Positions 1 through 8,770 are shown, counted from the first letter of the stretch. The stretch: 64,000 nucleotides of DNA from Patescibacteria group bacterium (GCA_028716045.1 JAQUQO010000001.1:256942-320941), one strand, 5' to 3'. Made by a program: numbers and translations. The notes: a model not told the origin generated them from the letters alone.

Positions 1-1
1 T

Positions 2-193
2 CAAACAGTGCCCGAGGCCTGTCTGGATTTAAGCGGATTTTTAGTTGATAAATATCTGGCGGAGATGCCGATGGACCCCGAGAATGGTTCCGCCGCCCAA
101 ACCGGCTACTACATCTATCGCGCTACCGACAGCAATCGCATTGAAGTCGGCGCCTGCGACACCAATTCCGGAGTGATAAAAGTGAAGAGGTAA
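2..193 (+). CDS. C-terminal part of a type IV pilin / pseudopilin-like protein (5' end outside window)
   Basis: The frame is open from the window edge. KYLAEMPMDP..TGYYI and the C-terminal Cys resemble pilin/GspG-like tails. Confidence 0.55.
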   Translation, partial: QTVPEACLDLSGFLVDKYLAEMPMDPENGSAAQTGYYIYRATDSNRIEVGACDTNSGVIKVKR

Positions 194-198
194 AATAT

Positions 199-816
199 AT
201 GGAAAATACAATTACTACAATACAAGCAGCGCCTAATCAATATGAGATAATGTTAAATAATTATGCGGCAATTGTTGAAAAAACTAATCAACAAATGAGT
301 TATTGGTTTGACCCTTATATTCTTATAATTGCTTCATTAACTGCTTTATTTACAGTAGGAACGATAGTAGCCGCCGTTGTTATATATTGGAATAGCAGAG
401 AAGGTAAAAGAAAATTAGACGATATTATTCGAAGTCAAAAAAAAGAGATAGAAGATAGAAATGAACGAGAAGATCAGCTCTCTAAAGAGAGAGAAAAAAA
501 AGCGAAAAAATATGAGGAATCTACCAATGATTTAATACAAGAATATCAGAAGAAGTTAAAAAATTTAGACTCGCTAAAAGATAAAAAAGAAAGAAAAGGA
601 ATTGAAAAAATTATTGACGAATTAAATAAAAGTAAGGCATCCCTTGGTTCTTATGCAATTCCGCAAGCGAGAGAGCAGGGTATTTTCGATCGCGTCCGTA
701 CTTGTTCCAGTTGTGGTAAGCCATTTCAATATATAGATTGGTTTTTAACAACCCAAATAGGTCTTGTTAATAAAACCGTTGATTGCCCGCATTGTGGTGC
801 TACGAACCTTGTTTAA
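199..816 (+). CDS. hypothetical membrane protein with coiled coil and C-terminal Zn ribbon
   Basis: One TM helix, a K/E-rich coiled coil and CSSC...CPHC. The sequence is AT-rich relative to its neighbours. Confidence 0.75.
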   Translation: MENTITTIQAAPNQYEIMLNNYAAIVEKTNQQMSYWFDPYILIIASLTALFTVGTIVAAVVIYWNSREGKRKLDDIIRSQKKEIEDRNEREDQLSKEREKKAKKYEESTNDLIQEYQKKLKNLDSLKDKKERKGIEKIIDELNKSKASLGSYAIPQAREQGIFDRVRTCSSCGKPFQYIDWFLTTQIGLVNKTVDCPHCGATNLV

Positions 817-990
817 ATTAAGTATTAATTTTGGGGGATACTTATTTCTTTGACTATTATATTAGTTTGACAGGGGGCAGTATAGATTTACCTTAACCCT
901 TACCCTCCCTCCCCAAATTCCATATAATATAAATAAGTTATTGAGTTTATAGTTCTTTTAACCAGAAAATGAGAAAGGAGAATAGATAAA

Positions 991-1173
991 ATGGCAACGG
1001 ATACAAAGGAAAAAGGCAAGGTTCATTTGGACTACAATCTTTCCCAACCACCTTCGCCGGAAGAGTTAGATTATGGCCGCAAAGTGTTTGAAAGCGAAGA
1101 AGGAGAGCCCCTTCCTCCGAGTCCCAAATTCCGAAAATTAAAAGAGGAGGCGGAAAAGCGGAAGCAGCGATAA
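991..1173 (+). CDS. small hypothetical protein (accessory cassette)
   Basis: SD AAGGAG at 975-980, boxA-like GTTCTTTTAAC at 952-962 and a terminator hairpin at about 1195-1232. Confidence 0.7.
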   Translation: MATDTKEKGKVHLDYNLSQPPSPEELDYGRKVFESEEGEPLPPSPKFRKLKEEAEKRKQR

Positions 1174-1337
1174 ACTGAAGTTTAGCAGCGCACTAAACAA
1201 ACGACTCTAAAGTAAGGGTCGTTTTTTGTTTTAGTTAGAGAGGATATTGACAGGTGCTTTTTGTTGCTAAAATATTTTTCTTGGGGTAAAATAAGTGAAT
1301 GTCTTTTGCGAGCGAGAAAGGTATTTTGCGACTCTTT

Positions 1338-1346
1338 TTATCCACA
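1338..1346 (+). promoter_or_regulatory. DnaA box upstream of the RNR operon
   Basis: Perfect TTATCCACA. DnaA boxes are known upstream of nrd operons. Confidence 0.6.
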
Positions 1347-1374
1347 GTTCGGGGCTTGACCCGAATCTGGGGAG

Positions 1375-1423
1375 ACACAATATCTTGTGGTATAATAATT
1401 AAACTCACTCCTACATATAGTGT
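1375..1423 (+). promoter_or_regulatory. tandem NrdR boxes flanking an extended -10 (TGgTATAAT, 1388-1396)
   Basis: ACACAATATCTTGTGG (1375-1390) and CTCCTACATATAGTGT (1408-1423) match acaCwAtATaTwGtg. They are 33 bp apart and lie directly upstream of nrdJ. Confidence 0.85.
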
Positions 1424-3217
1424 ATGCCAAATATCAATGTCACCAATCGTGACACCCTAAAATTTAACTTGGGCGGAGAAGAAAGGGTTTTGGAATTCAC
1501 CCCGAGCGCCTGGACGGTTTTGGAGAAGCGTTATTTAAGGAAAGACGAAAACGGCAATGTGATTGAGACCCCGCTGGATATGTTCAGGCGGGTGGCCAAT
1601 AATATCGCCATGGCGGATAAGTTTTACGGCGCCACGGACGAAGAAGTGGCCAAAACCGAAGAGGAATTTTTCAAAATGATGGTTAATTTAGAGTTTTTAT
1701 CAGGCATGGCCTTGAGAAATGCGGGGCGAAAACTCCAACAATTGTCGGCTTGTTATGTTTTGCCCATAGAGGACTCCATGGAATCCATTTATACCACCCT
1801 GAAAAACGCCGCTTTTTTGCATAAAACCGGCGCGGGCATCGGTTATGACTTTTCCAAACTTCGCCCGCGCGATGATGTGGTCAAAAGCACCGGCGGGCGT
1901 TCCTGCGGACCAGTCGGGTTTATGAAACTTTTTGAATATTCCTGCGCTACCATTGTTTATAACGCCGCCACCCGCCGGCCGGGCAATATGGGTATTTTGA
2001 GAGTGGACCATCCGGATATTGAAGAGTTTATCACTACCAAAAGGGATAACTCCGAGCTTCCTAATTTTAATCTTTCCGTGGCCGTGACCGATAAATTCAT
2101 GGAGGCCGTCAAAAATAACGACACCTATGATTTAATAGCTCCTCATAACGGTAAAGTCGTCAAAACCCTGAAAGCCCGGCAGGTTTTTGACCAGCTGGTG
2201 GACAGCGCCTGGGCTTCGGCCGAGCCGGGGATAGTTTTCATTGATGAAATCAATCGCCATAACCCCACGCCTCACGTAGCAAGAATTGACGCGACCAATC
2301 AATGCGGCGAACAGCCCCTGCTTGCTTATGAGGCCTGTAATTTGGGGTCTATTATATTATCCAGATTCGTCACTAGCGGTAAAGATGGCAAGAAAGAAGT
2401 GGATTGGGAGCGTTTGGCCGGCGTTGTCCGGGCGGCGGTCCATTTTTTGGATAATACTATTGATGTTAATAATTATCCTTTGCCGCAGATTACGGAAATG
2501 GTTAAAAACAACCGCAAAATCGGGCTGGGAGTAATGGGTTTTGCGGACCTCTTGATTGAACTCGGTATTTCCTACAATTCCGAGGAGGCCCTGCAGGTTT
2601 CCGAAAAGGTGATGCGTTTTATCAATGAAGTCGGGCATCAGGCGTCGGCCGATTTAGCCAAGGGCCGGGGTTCTTTCCCTAATTTTAAGGGAAGTATTTG
2701 GGAAAAAGAGGGCTATAAAATGATGCGCAACGCCACGGTGACGACTATCGCGCCCAACGGCACCACCAGTATTTTCGCCAATTGTTCGTCGGGCATTGAG
2801 CCGTTATTTTCTTTGGTGTATATCAGAAAAAATATTTTAGATAAGGACCAGGAATTTTTGGAGATTAATCCGGTTTTTGAAAAAGTTGCCAAAGACAATT
2901 GGTTTTATTCCAAAGAGCTGATGGAGGAAATAGCCGTCAAGGGGAGTATCCAGGATATCGAGGGCATTCCCGAGGAAATTAAAAAAGTTTTCGTCACCGC
3001 GCACGATATTCCTCCTGAACAGCATATCCGCGTTCAGGCGACTTTTCAGAAATATACGGATAACGCGGTTTCTAAGACGGTGAACTTGCCCAATAAAGCC
3101 GAGCGGCAGGAAGTGGAGAACATTTTTAGATTGGCTTATGAGCTTGGCTGTAAAGGTGCGACTATTTATCGCGACGGCAGCCGTGAAGCGCAAGTTTTGA
3201 ATTTGAAAAAGGCCTAA
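1424..3217 (+). CDS. nrdJ: class II (AdoCbl-dependent) ribonucleotide reductase, catalytic barrel only
   Basis: LSACYV, TNQCGEQ, EACNLGS, TIAPNGT, DNAVSKTVN and IYRDGS motifs. There is no C-terminal Cys tail. Confidence 0.9.
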   Translation: MPNINVTNRDTLKFNLGGEERVLEFTPSAWTVLEKRYLRKDENGNVIETPLDMFRRVANNIAMADKFYGATDEEVAKTEEEFFKMMVNLEFLSGMALRNAGRKLQQLSACYVLPIEDSMESIYTTLKNAAFLHKTGAGIGYDFSKLRPRDDVVKSTGGRSCGPVGFMKLFEYSCATIVYNAATRRPGNMGILRVDHPDIEEFITTKRDNSELPNFNLSVAVTDKFMEAVKNNDTYDLIAPHNGKVVKTLKARQVFDQLVDSAWASAEPGIVFIDEINRHNPTPHVARIDATNQCGEQPLLAYEACNLGSIILSRFVTSGKDGKKEVDWERLAGVVRAAVHFLDNTIDVNNYPLPQITEMVKNNRKIGLGVMGFADLLIELGISYNSEEALQVSEKVMRFINEVGHQASADLAKGRGSFPNFKGSIWEKEGYKMMRNATVTTIAPNGTTSIFANCSSGIEPLFSLVYIRKNILDKDQEFLEINPVFEKVAKDNWFYSKELMEEIAVKGSIQDIEGIPEEIKKVFVTAHDIPPEQHIRVQATFQKYTDNAVSKTVNLPNKAERQEVENIFRLAYELGCKGATIYRDGSREAQVLNLKKA

Positions 3218-3242
3218 ATTATAATTTTATTTATATATTTTT

Positions 3243-6200
3243 ATGACCAAAGAAGAGCTGCTTTCAAAAAAGCCCGAATTTTCTCCGAGTGCTTTGGAAG
3301 TGATAAAAAAACGCTATTTAAGGCAGGATGAAAATGGCGAGCCGATAGAAACTCCGGAAGAAATGTTTTATCGGGTGGCTGCTTTTATCGCCAGCGCCGA
3401 TAAAAATTACGCCGGAGAAAATTCCGAGAGGTCAATTGAGCAGTTTTACGAGATTTTGGTCAATTTAGAATTCCTTCCGGGAGGCAGGGTTCTTTTTGAA
3501 GCCGGAAATAATCATACCGGGCAAATGTCTTCTTGTTTCGTGATTCCGGTGGAAGACAGCATGGAAGCTATTTTTGACAGTTTGAAAGCGGCCGCTTTAG
3601 TCCAGCAGAATAACGGCGGAACGGGTTTTAATTTTTCCCGCATCCGACCCAAGGGGGATACGGTCAAAGGCGTGCCGGGCATTGCCGCCGGTCCGGTTCA
3701 TTATTTACGCACTTATGATACGGCTTTAAGCCGCGTGCTTCAGGGCAGCAAGAGGCACGGAGCCAATATGGGCATTCTGAATGTCACTCATCCGGACATT
3801 GAAGAATTTATTGAGCTTAAAGACAATGGCTCTACTATTAAAAATTTCAATATCTCCGTGGGCGTCACCAATGGTTTTATGGAGCGGGTGCGCAACGACG
3901 AAGAATATGAACTGATTAATCCGCGGACCGGCAAAACGGTGAAAAATTTGCGGGCGCGGGATATTTTCAACAAAATAACCAAGCGGGCTTGGGAATGCGC
4001 CGACCCCGGGATTATTTTTTTGGATAGAATGGAAGAAGGGAATAACAATCCGCATCTCGGAAAAATTGAAGCGACCAATCCCTGCGGTGAACAGCCGCTC
4101 CTGCCTTACGAATCCTGTAATCTCGGTTCGGTGGTGCTTCCCAATCATTCTGCCAACGGGGACGTTGACTGGATAAAAATGGAACGCACTATCAGGCGGG
4201 CGGTTCATTTTATGGACAATATGATTGATTTGAATAAATTTCCGCTTCCGGTCATCAGGGAAAATGTTTCCAAAACCAGAAAAATCGGTTTGGGAGCCAT
4301 GGGTTTTGCCCAGTTGCTTTTTAAGCTCGGCATTCCTTATAACTCCGAAGAATCCGTGGCGCTGATTGAAAAGATAATGAAGTTTATTTATGAAATCGCC
4401 AAAGACGAATCCATCAAAATGGCGGAAACGCGCGGAGTTTTTCCGGCTTGGCGGGGCAGCAAATGGGAAAAGATGGGAATTAAAATCCGCAACAGCCATT
4501 TAACCAGCATCGCTCCCAACGGAACAATCAGTTTGGTGGCCAGCACTTCCTCGGGGATTGAGCCGGTATTTTCTTTGGCCACCGTGCGTCGCATGTTTTA
4601 TGAAGACAATAGTGACGGCGGCGGGCGGGTAGTGAATATTATTGACCCGGTTTTTGAGCGCGTCGCCAAAGAACGGGGATTTTACTCTGATAAATTATTG
4701 GAAAAAATTGCCGAAGAAGGAACGCTTAAAGACATTCCGGAAATCCCCGCGGATGTCAAGAAAATTTTTACCACGGCCCACGATGTTACCTTTGACTGGC
4801 ATATTAAAATTCAGGCGGCGGCGCAAAAATATACCGACGCGGCTGTTTCCAAAACCATTAATTTCCCGCGTTATGCCAGCGTTGACGATGTTCGCCGCGC
4901 CTACATTTTAGCTTATGAACTTGGCTGTAAGGGCGTGACTATTTATCGCGATGGCAGTAAAGAGTTTCAGGTTTTAAATCTAAAAGAAAAAGCGGAGGTT
5001 GAAGAAGCTAAGCCAGAGCCGGTGCCGACCAATGATGACTGCATAGAGCTTGAGCCGGTCAGCAAAAAAGCCGTGGAAGAAATTCATGTGCCTACTAAAA
5101 TCCCCCTGACTCCCAACGCCCTGACTGTTTTAGAAAAAAGAGCTTTGATAAAAAATAAGGACGGGCAGGTGATTGAAACCCCCGAAGAACTTTTTCGGCG
5201 GGTGTCCAAGTGGGTGGCGAGCGCGGAAAAGACTTATGGCGCCACGCCGGAAGAAATTTTTAATTTGGAAGAAAAGTTTTACGAAATTCAGTCGCAATTA
5301 CGGTTTTTGTCCGGTCAAGCCCTGCGTAACAGCGGCCACGGACGCTATACGCTTTCCGCCTGTTTTGTTTTGCCGATTTACGATTCCATAGAAAGTATTA
5401 CTGATGCTATCAAGGAAAATGTCATTATTCATAAATCCACCGGCGGGACGGGTTTTAATTATTCGCGTTTACGAGCCAAAGGTTCGCAAGTGGGAGAGGC
5501 GGGACCGGTGGCCGCCGGTCCGGTCACTTTTATGAAAGCGGTTAATCTCACGCAGGGGACCATTCAGACCAAAGGCGGGCGTCAGCAGGGGAGCATGGCT
5601 ATTTTAAATGTTAATCATCCGGATATTGAGGAATTTATAAAAGTTAAAGACGAGCAGGGGGAGCTGGAACATATGAATATCTCCGTAGGGATTACCAAGG
5701 AGTTTATGGAGGCGGTTAAGGAAGACAAGGATTTTAATCTTACCAATCCGGCTGACGGCCGGACGGTTAAAACGGTGAGAGCTAAGAAAATTTTTGACAG
5801 TATCGTGGAGCACGCCTGGAGGAGTGGCGACCCGGGTTTGATTCTGCTTGACAGAATAGAAGAGGATAATCCCACGCCTACATTGGGGAAACTTGATACT
5901 ACTAATCCTTGCGGAGAGCAACCGCTTCTGCCGTATGAAACCTGTAATTTGGGTTCAATTATTTTATCCAATCATATTACCGACGAGGGACTGATTGATT
6001 GGGAAAAACTGCGCGAAACCGTGCGCTATGCCGTTCATTTTCTGGACAACACTATTGATATTAATGTTTTCCCTTTGAAAAAAATAGAAGAAGCCACCCG
6101 GGCCAATAGAAAAATCGGCTTGGGAGTGATGGGCTTTGCCGATATGCTTATAAAATTGGGGATTCCTTATAATTCCGATGAAGCGGTAGCCAAAGCGGAA

Positions 6201-7613
6201 GAAATAATGTCTTTTATCAATAAAGAAGCGCATGGTTATTCCGAAGAATTGGGGAGTAAGAAGGGTTCTTTCCCGAATTTTGATATTAGTTCCTGGAAAA
6301 ACAAAAAGGGATATCTGGCGATGCGCAACGCCACGGTCACGACTATCGCTCCGACCGGTTATACGAGTATTGTGGCCAGTTGTTCCTCGGGCATTGAGCC
6401 GGTTTTTGCCTTAGCTTTCAAACGGCAGAATTCCATGGGCGGAGTGGACCAATTTGAAGTTCATTCGCTTTTTGAAGAGGTTGCCAAAAAACGGGGGTTC
6501 TACTCGGAAAGCTTGATGGAGAGAATTATGGAAGAAGGCGGTGTAAAGAATTTGAAAGAGGTCCCGGAAGACATTAAAAAAGTTTTTGTTTGCGCTCACG
6601 ATATTTCTCCGGAATGGGATTTGCGCATTCAGGCGGCTTTTCAAAAATATACGGATAACGCGGTTTCTAAAACCATTAATTTTCCGGCCAACGCCGCTAC
6701 CGAGGATATCGCGCGGGTTTATCTTTTGGCGTATGAAAAGGGCTGCAAGGGAATTACGATTTACCGCGATGGCAGTCGCAGTCAGGTTTTGACGACCGGC
6801 AAAAAAGGCGAGCCAAAAGAAGAAAGGGGAATCAGTATTTCCAATGTCAGCGTGCCGGGGTTTTCTCCGGCTCCGCGTCCGCGACCCGAATGTGTGCAGG
6901 GATTTACTTATAAAATCAAGACCGGTTATGGGACTTTGTTTGTAACCGTTAATAACGATGAAGAAGGCAAACCATTTGAAGTATTTGCCAACATCGGCAA
7001 AACCGGCGGATTTTTTTCCGCCAAATCAGAATCCATTTGCCGGTTAATTTCTTTGGCCTTGCGTTCGCAGATTGACGTTAAAATAGTAATTGAACAATTA
7101 AAGGGTATCCGCGGACCGATGCCTAGTTGGTCTAACGGCAAAATGATTCTTTCCATCCCCGACGCCATCTCGCAAGTTTTAGAAGAACATGTTTCCAAAT
7201 CCCAGCAAAAACTTGATTTGAAGTTTAGCCAGGAGAGTAAAGAAAAAACCCCAATGGCGGATTACAGCGTGGAGGACAAAATTGAAGAAGTGAAAGAATC
7301 AATAAGAGAGAACATTAAAACAACGGAAGAGAAAAAGGAGATGGCCAGCGAGTCGCCGTCTGAACCGTTAAATCAGGCAACTTTGGTTAAGGAAACAAAG
7401 GAAACCGTGATAATAGAATCCGAACCGATAACTCCCGTCACTCTTCATGGTTCTGGCCATGGAATTGTGGCGCAGACGGAAGTGAAAACCAAAACTCGCG
7501 TGGCTATCGCCGATTTTGGCGTGGCTCCGCAATGTCCGGATTGCGGCAATATCTTGGAGCTGGGGGAAGGATGTATGATGTGCCGCGTCTGCGGTTATTC
7601 CAAATGCGGATAA
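3243..7613 (+). CDS. nrdJ: class II ribonucleotide reductase with two tandem catalytic barrels, a TSCPD-like domain and a Zn ribbon
   Basis: Two full motif sets (SSCFV/TNPCGEQ/ESCNL and SACFV/TNPCGEQ/ETCNL), then a KIKTGYG..VTVN domain and CPDC..CMMCRVCGYSKC. Confidence 0.92.
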   Translation: MTKEELLSKKPEFSPSALEVIKKRYLRQDENGEPIETPEEMFYRVAAFIASADKNYAGENSERSIEQFYEILVNLEFLPGGRVLFEAGNNHTGQMSSCFVIPVEDSMEAIFDSLKAAALVQQNNGGTGFNFSRIRPKGDTVKGVPGIAAGPVHYLRTYDTALSRVLQGSKRHGANMGILNVTHPDIEEFIELKDNGSTIKNFNISVGVTNGFMERVRNDEEYELINPRTGKTVKNLRARDIFNKITKRAWECADPGIIFLDRMEEGNNNPHLGKIEATNPCGEQPLLPYESCNLGSVVLPNHSANGDVDWIKMERTIRRAVHFMDNMIDLNKFPLPVIRENVSKTRKIGLGAMGFAQLLFKLGIPYNSEESVALIEKIMKFIYEIAKDESIKMAETRGVFPAWRGSKWEKMGIKIRNSHLTSIAPNGTISLVASTSSGIEPVFSLATVRRMFYEDNSDGGGRVVNIIDPVFERVAKERGFYSDKLLEKIAEEGTLKDIPEIPADVKKIFTTAHDVTFDWHIKIQAAAQKYTDAAVSKTINFPRYASVDDVRRAYILAYELGCKGVTIYRDGSKEFQVLNLKEKAEVEEAKPEPVPTNDDCIELEPVSKKAVEEIHVPTKIPLTPNALTVLEKRALIKNKDGQVIETPEELFRRVSKWVASAEKTYGATPEEIFNLEEKFYEIQSQLRFLSGQALRNSGHGRYTLSACFVLPIYDSIESITDAIKENVIIHKSTGGTGFNYSRLRAKGSQVGEAGPVAAGPVTFMKAVNLTQGTIQTKGGRQQGSMAILNVNHPDIEEFIKVKDEQGELEHMNISVGITKEFMEAVKEDKDFNLTNPADGRTVKTVRAKKIFDSIVEHAWRSGDPGLILLDRIEEDNPTPTLGKLDTTNPCGEQPLLPYETCNLGSIILSNHITDEGLIDWEKLRETVRYAVHFLDNTIDINVFPLKKIEEATRANRKIGLGVMGFADMLIKLGIPYNSDEAVAKAEEIMSFINKEAHGYSEELGSKKGSFPNFDISSWKNKKGYLAMRNATVTTIAPTGYTSIVASCSSGIEPVFALAFKRQNSMGGVDQFEVHSLFEEVAKKRGFYSESLMERIMEEGGVKNLKEVPEDIKKVFVCAHDISPEWDLRIQAAFQKYTDNAVSKTINFPANAATEDIARVYLLAYEKGCKGITIYRDGSRSQVLTTGKKGEPKEERGISISNVSVPGFSPAPRPRPECVQGFTYKIKTGYGTLFVTVNNDEEGKPFEVFANIGKTGGFFSAKSESICRLISLALRSQIDVKIVIEQLKGIRGPMPSWSNGKMILSIPDAISQVLEEHVSKSQQKLDLKFSQESKEKTPMADYSVEDKIEEVKESIRENIKTTEEKKEMASESPSEPLNQATLVKETKETVIIESEPITPVTLHGSGHGIVAQTEVKTKTRVAIADFGVAPQCPDCGNILELGEGCMMCRVCGYSKCG

Positions 7614-7617
7614 TTAT

Positions 7618-7644
7618 AAGGGCGGGCGCGAGCCCGCCTCTTTT
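7618..7644. repeat. REP-like GC palindrome / hairpin
   Basis: AGGGCGGGC-GCGA-GCCCGCCTCT between nrdJ and cobO. Confidence 0.5.
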
Positions 7645-7649
7645 AAACT

Positions 7650-8186
7650 ATGGCAACAGGCAAAGGATACATTCAAGTTTATACCGGCAAGGGCAAGGGG
7701 AAGACCACAGCTTCTCTGGGCCTGCTTATTCGCGCTTTAGGCAGGGGCCGAAAGGTGGCAGTGGTCTATTTTGACAAGGGCGGGGAGAATTACGGTGAGC
7801 GCGAAATTTTGCGGAAATTGGGCGTGGAATATTTTGCTACCGGTCTGGACCGCGTTAATCCCCGGACGCGGGAATTTCGTTTTGGAGTTTTGCCGGAAGA
7901 CATTAAAGAAGCGGAACGCGGTTTGAAAATCGCCGAAGATTTATTTACTAAAAATTACAACCTGATAATTCTAGACGAGCTTGGTTTAGCGGCAAATTTA
8001 AAAATGCTGCCAGTCGCGGATATTATAAAATTGTTAGATAAAAAACCGGAGCATCTGGAACTGGTTATCACCGGCCGTGATTGCCCGCAAGAAATTTTAG
8101 ATAGCGCGGATTTGATTACCGAGATGAAATTAATTAAACATTATTTTTATCAGGGCGTGCCGGCGAGAGAGGGGATAGAATATTAA
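7650..8186 (+). CDS. cobO: cob(I)alamin adenosyltransferase (CobO/BtuR family)
   Basis: YTGKGKGKTTAS P-loop, LIILDE, ELVITGR, ADLITEM..KHYF..G..AREGIEY. Confidence 0.93.
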   Translation: MATGKGYIQVYTGKGKGKTTASLGLLIRALGRGRKVAVVYFDKGGENYGEREILRKLGVEYFATGLDRVNPRTREFRFGVLPEDIKEAERGLKIAEDLFTKNYNLIILDELGLAANLKMLPVADIIKLLDKKPEHLELVITGRDCPQEILDSADLITEMKLIKHYFYQGVPAREGIEY

Positions 8187-8194
8187 ATAAATGT

Positions 8195-8220
8195 AAACCC
8201 CTCGTGGCGGGTTTTTTATT
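8195..8220 (+). terminator. intrinsic terminator of the nrdJ-cobO operon
   Basis: AAACCC..GGGTTT hairpin followed by a T tract. Confidence 0.6.
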
Positions 8221-8229
8221 ATTATATAT

Positions 8230-8261
8230 TCGCAGAGACAATTCATGAATTGTCTCTGCGA
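8230..8261. repeat. REP-like perfect palindrome
   Basis: TCGCAGAGACAATTCATGAATTGTCTCTGCGA (32 bp), resembling GTAG-type REP palindromes. Confidence 0.65.
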
Positions 8262-8305
8262 GTTCGGGGTCTTGACAATATCGTTAAAATATGATAGAGT
8301 ATATT

Positions 8306-8485
8306 CATATAAAGAAAGTCGCCTAGCGGACTTTCAATAATTGGCAAACAGCTAGGCTCCGCTTAAGACGATTCCCGGTCTGGCGGAGAAAACAGGGATA
8401 TCCCTAATAAAGTGAAAAATGTTCCGCTGTTAGGGAGAAAAAACGGACATTCCCCGGGCGCATCTGCCGCTCGGGGTTTTTATTT
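8306..8485 (+). ncRNA. candidate structured ncRNA with tandem pseudoknots
   Basis: TTGACA(8272)-17-TAGAGT promoter, 2-3 pseudoknots by base-pairing inspection and a terminator at 8452-8485. There is no ORF with an RBS. Confidence 0.6.
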
Positions 8486-8495
8486 AATTTAAAAT

Positions 8496-8524
8496 GTAGA
8501 GACGCGCCATGGCGGGGTCTCTGT
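8496..8524. repeat. REP-like palindrome
   Basis: GTAGAGACGCGCCATGGCGGGGTCTCTG, an imperfect GTAG-led palindrome. Confidence 0.65.
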
Positions 8525-8554
8525 AGACAATAGAAGAATAGCTAATTAAAGCCA

Positions 8555-8599
8555 TTTTTACGTTAAGCCCTTGACAAAACCGTCAGAATGTGCTATAAT
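8555..8599 (+). promoter_or_regulatory. sigma70 promoter, copy 1 of a duplicated module
   Basis: TTGACA-17-TATAAT, near-identical to 9194-9223. Confidence 0.85.
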
Positions 8600-8770
8600 A
8601 GTTTGTTACAATAAAACATAGAGAGAGATAGAAAACAGGCATTTTGTTGTCTTGGACTATAGCAATAATTCTCTCAAAGATAGCAAAATGTCTGTTTTAT
8701 TAAGTAAAGCAAGGTTAGTGAATAGAGTTGTTTGAAAATTAAATAACATAAAAATAAAGGAGGAGTTGGA

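Noticed and set aside
3243-7613. Intein or assembly artefact explaining the 1456-aa RNR
   Set aside because: I saw no intein or homing-endonuclease motifs, and the extra length is a second full barrel. The three barrels are clearly diverged in sequence, so a mis-assembled repeat is unlikely.
8306-8485. tmRNA
   Set aside because: There is no GGGG 5' acceptor end, T-arm/CCA 3' end or tag ORF, and it is too short.
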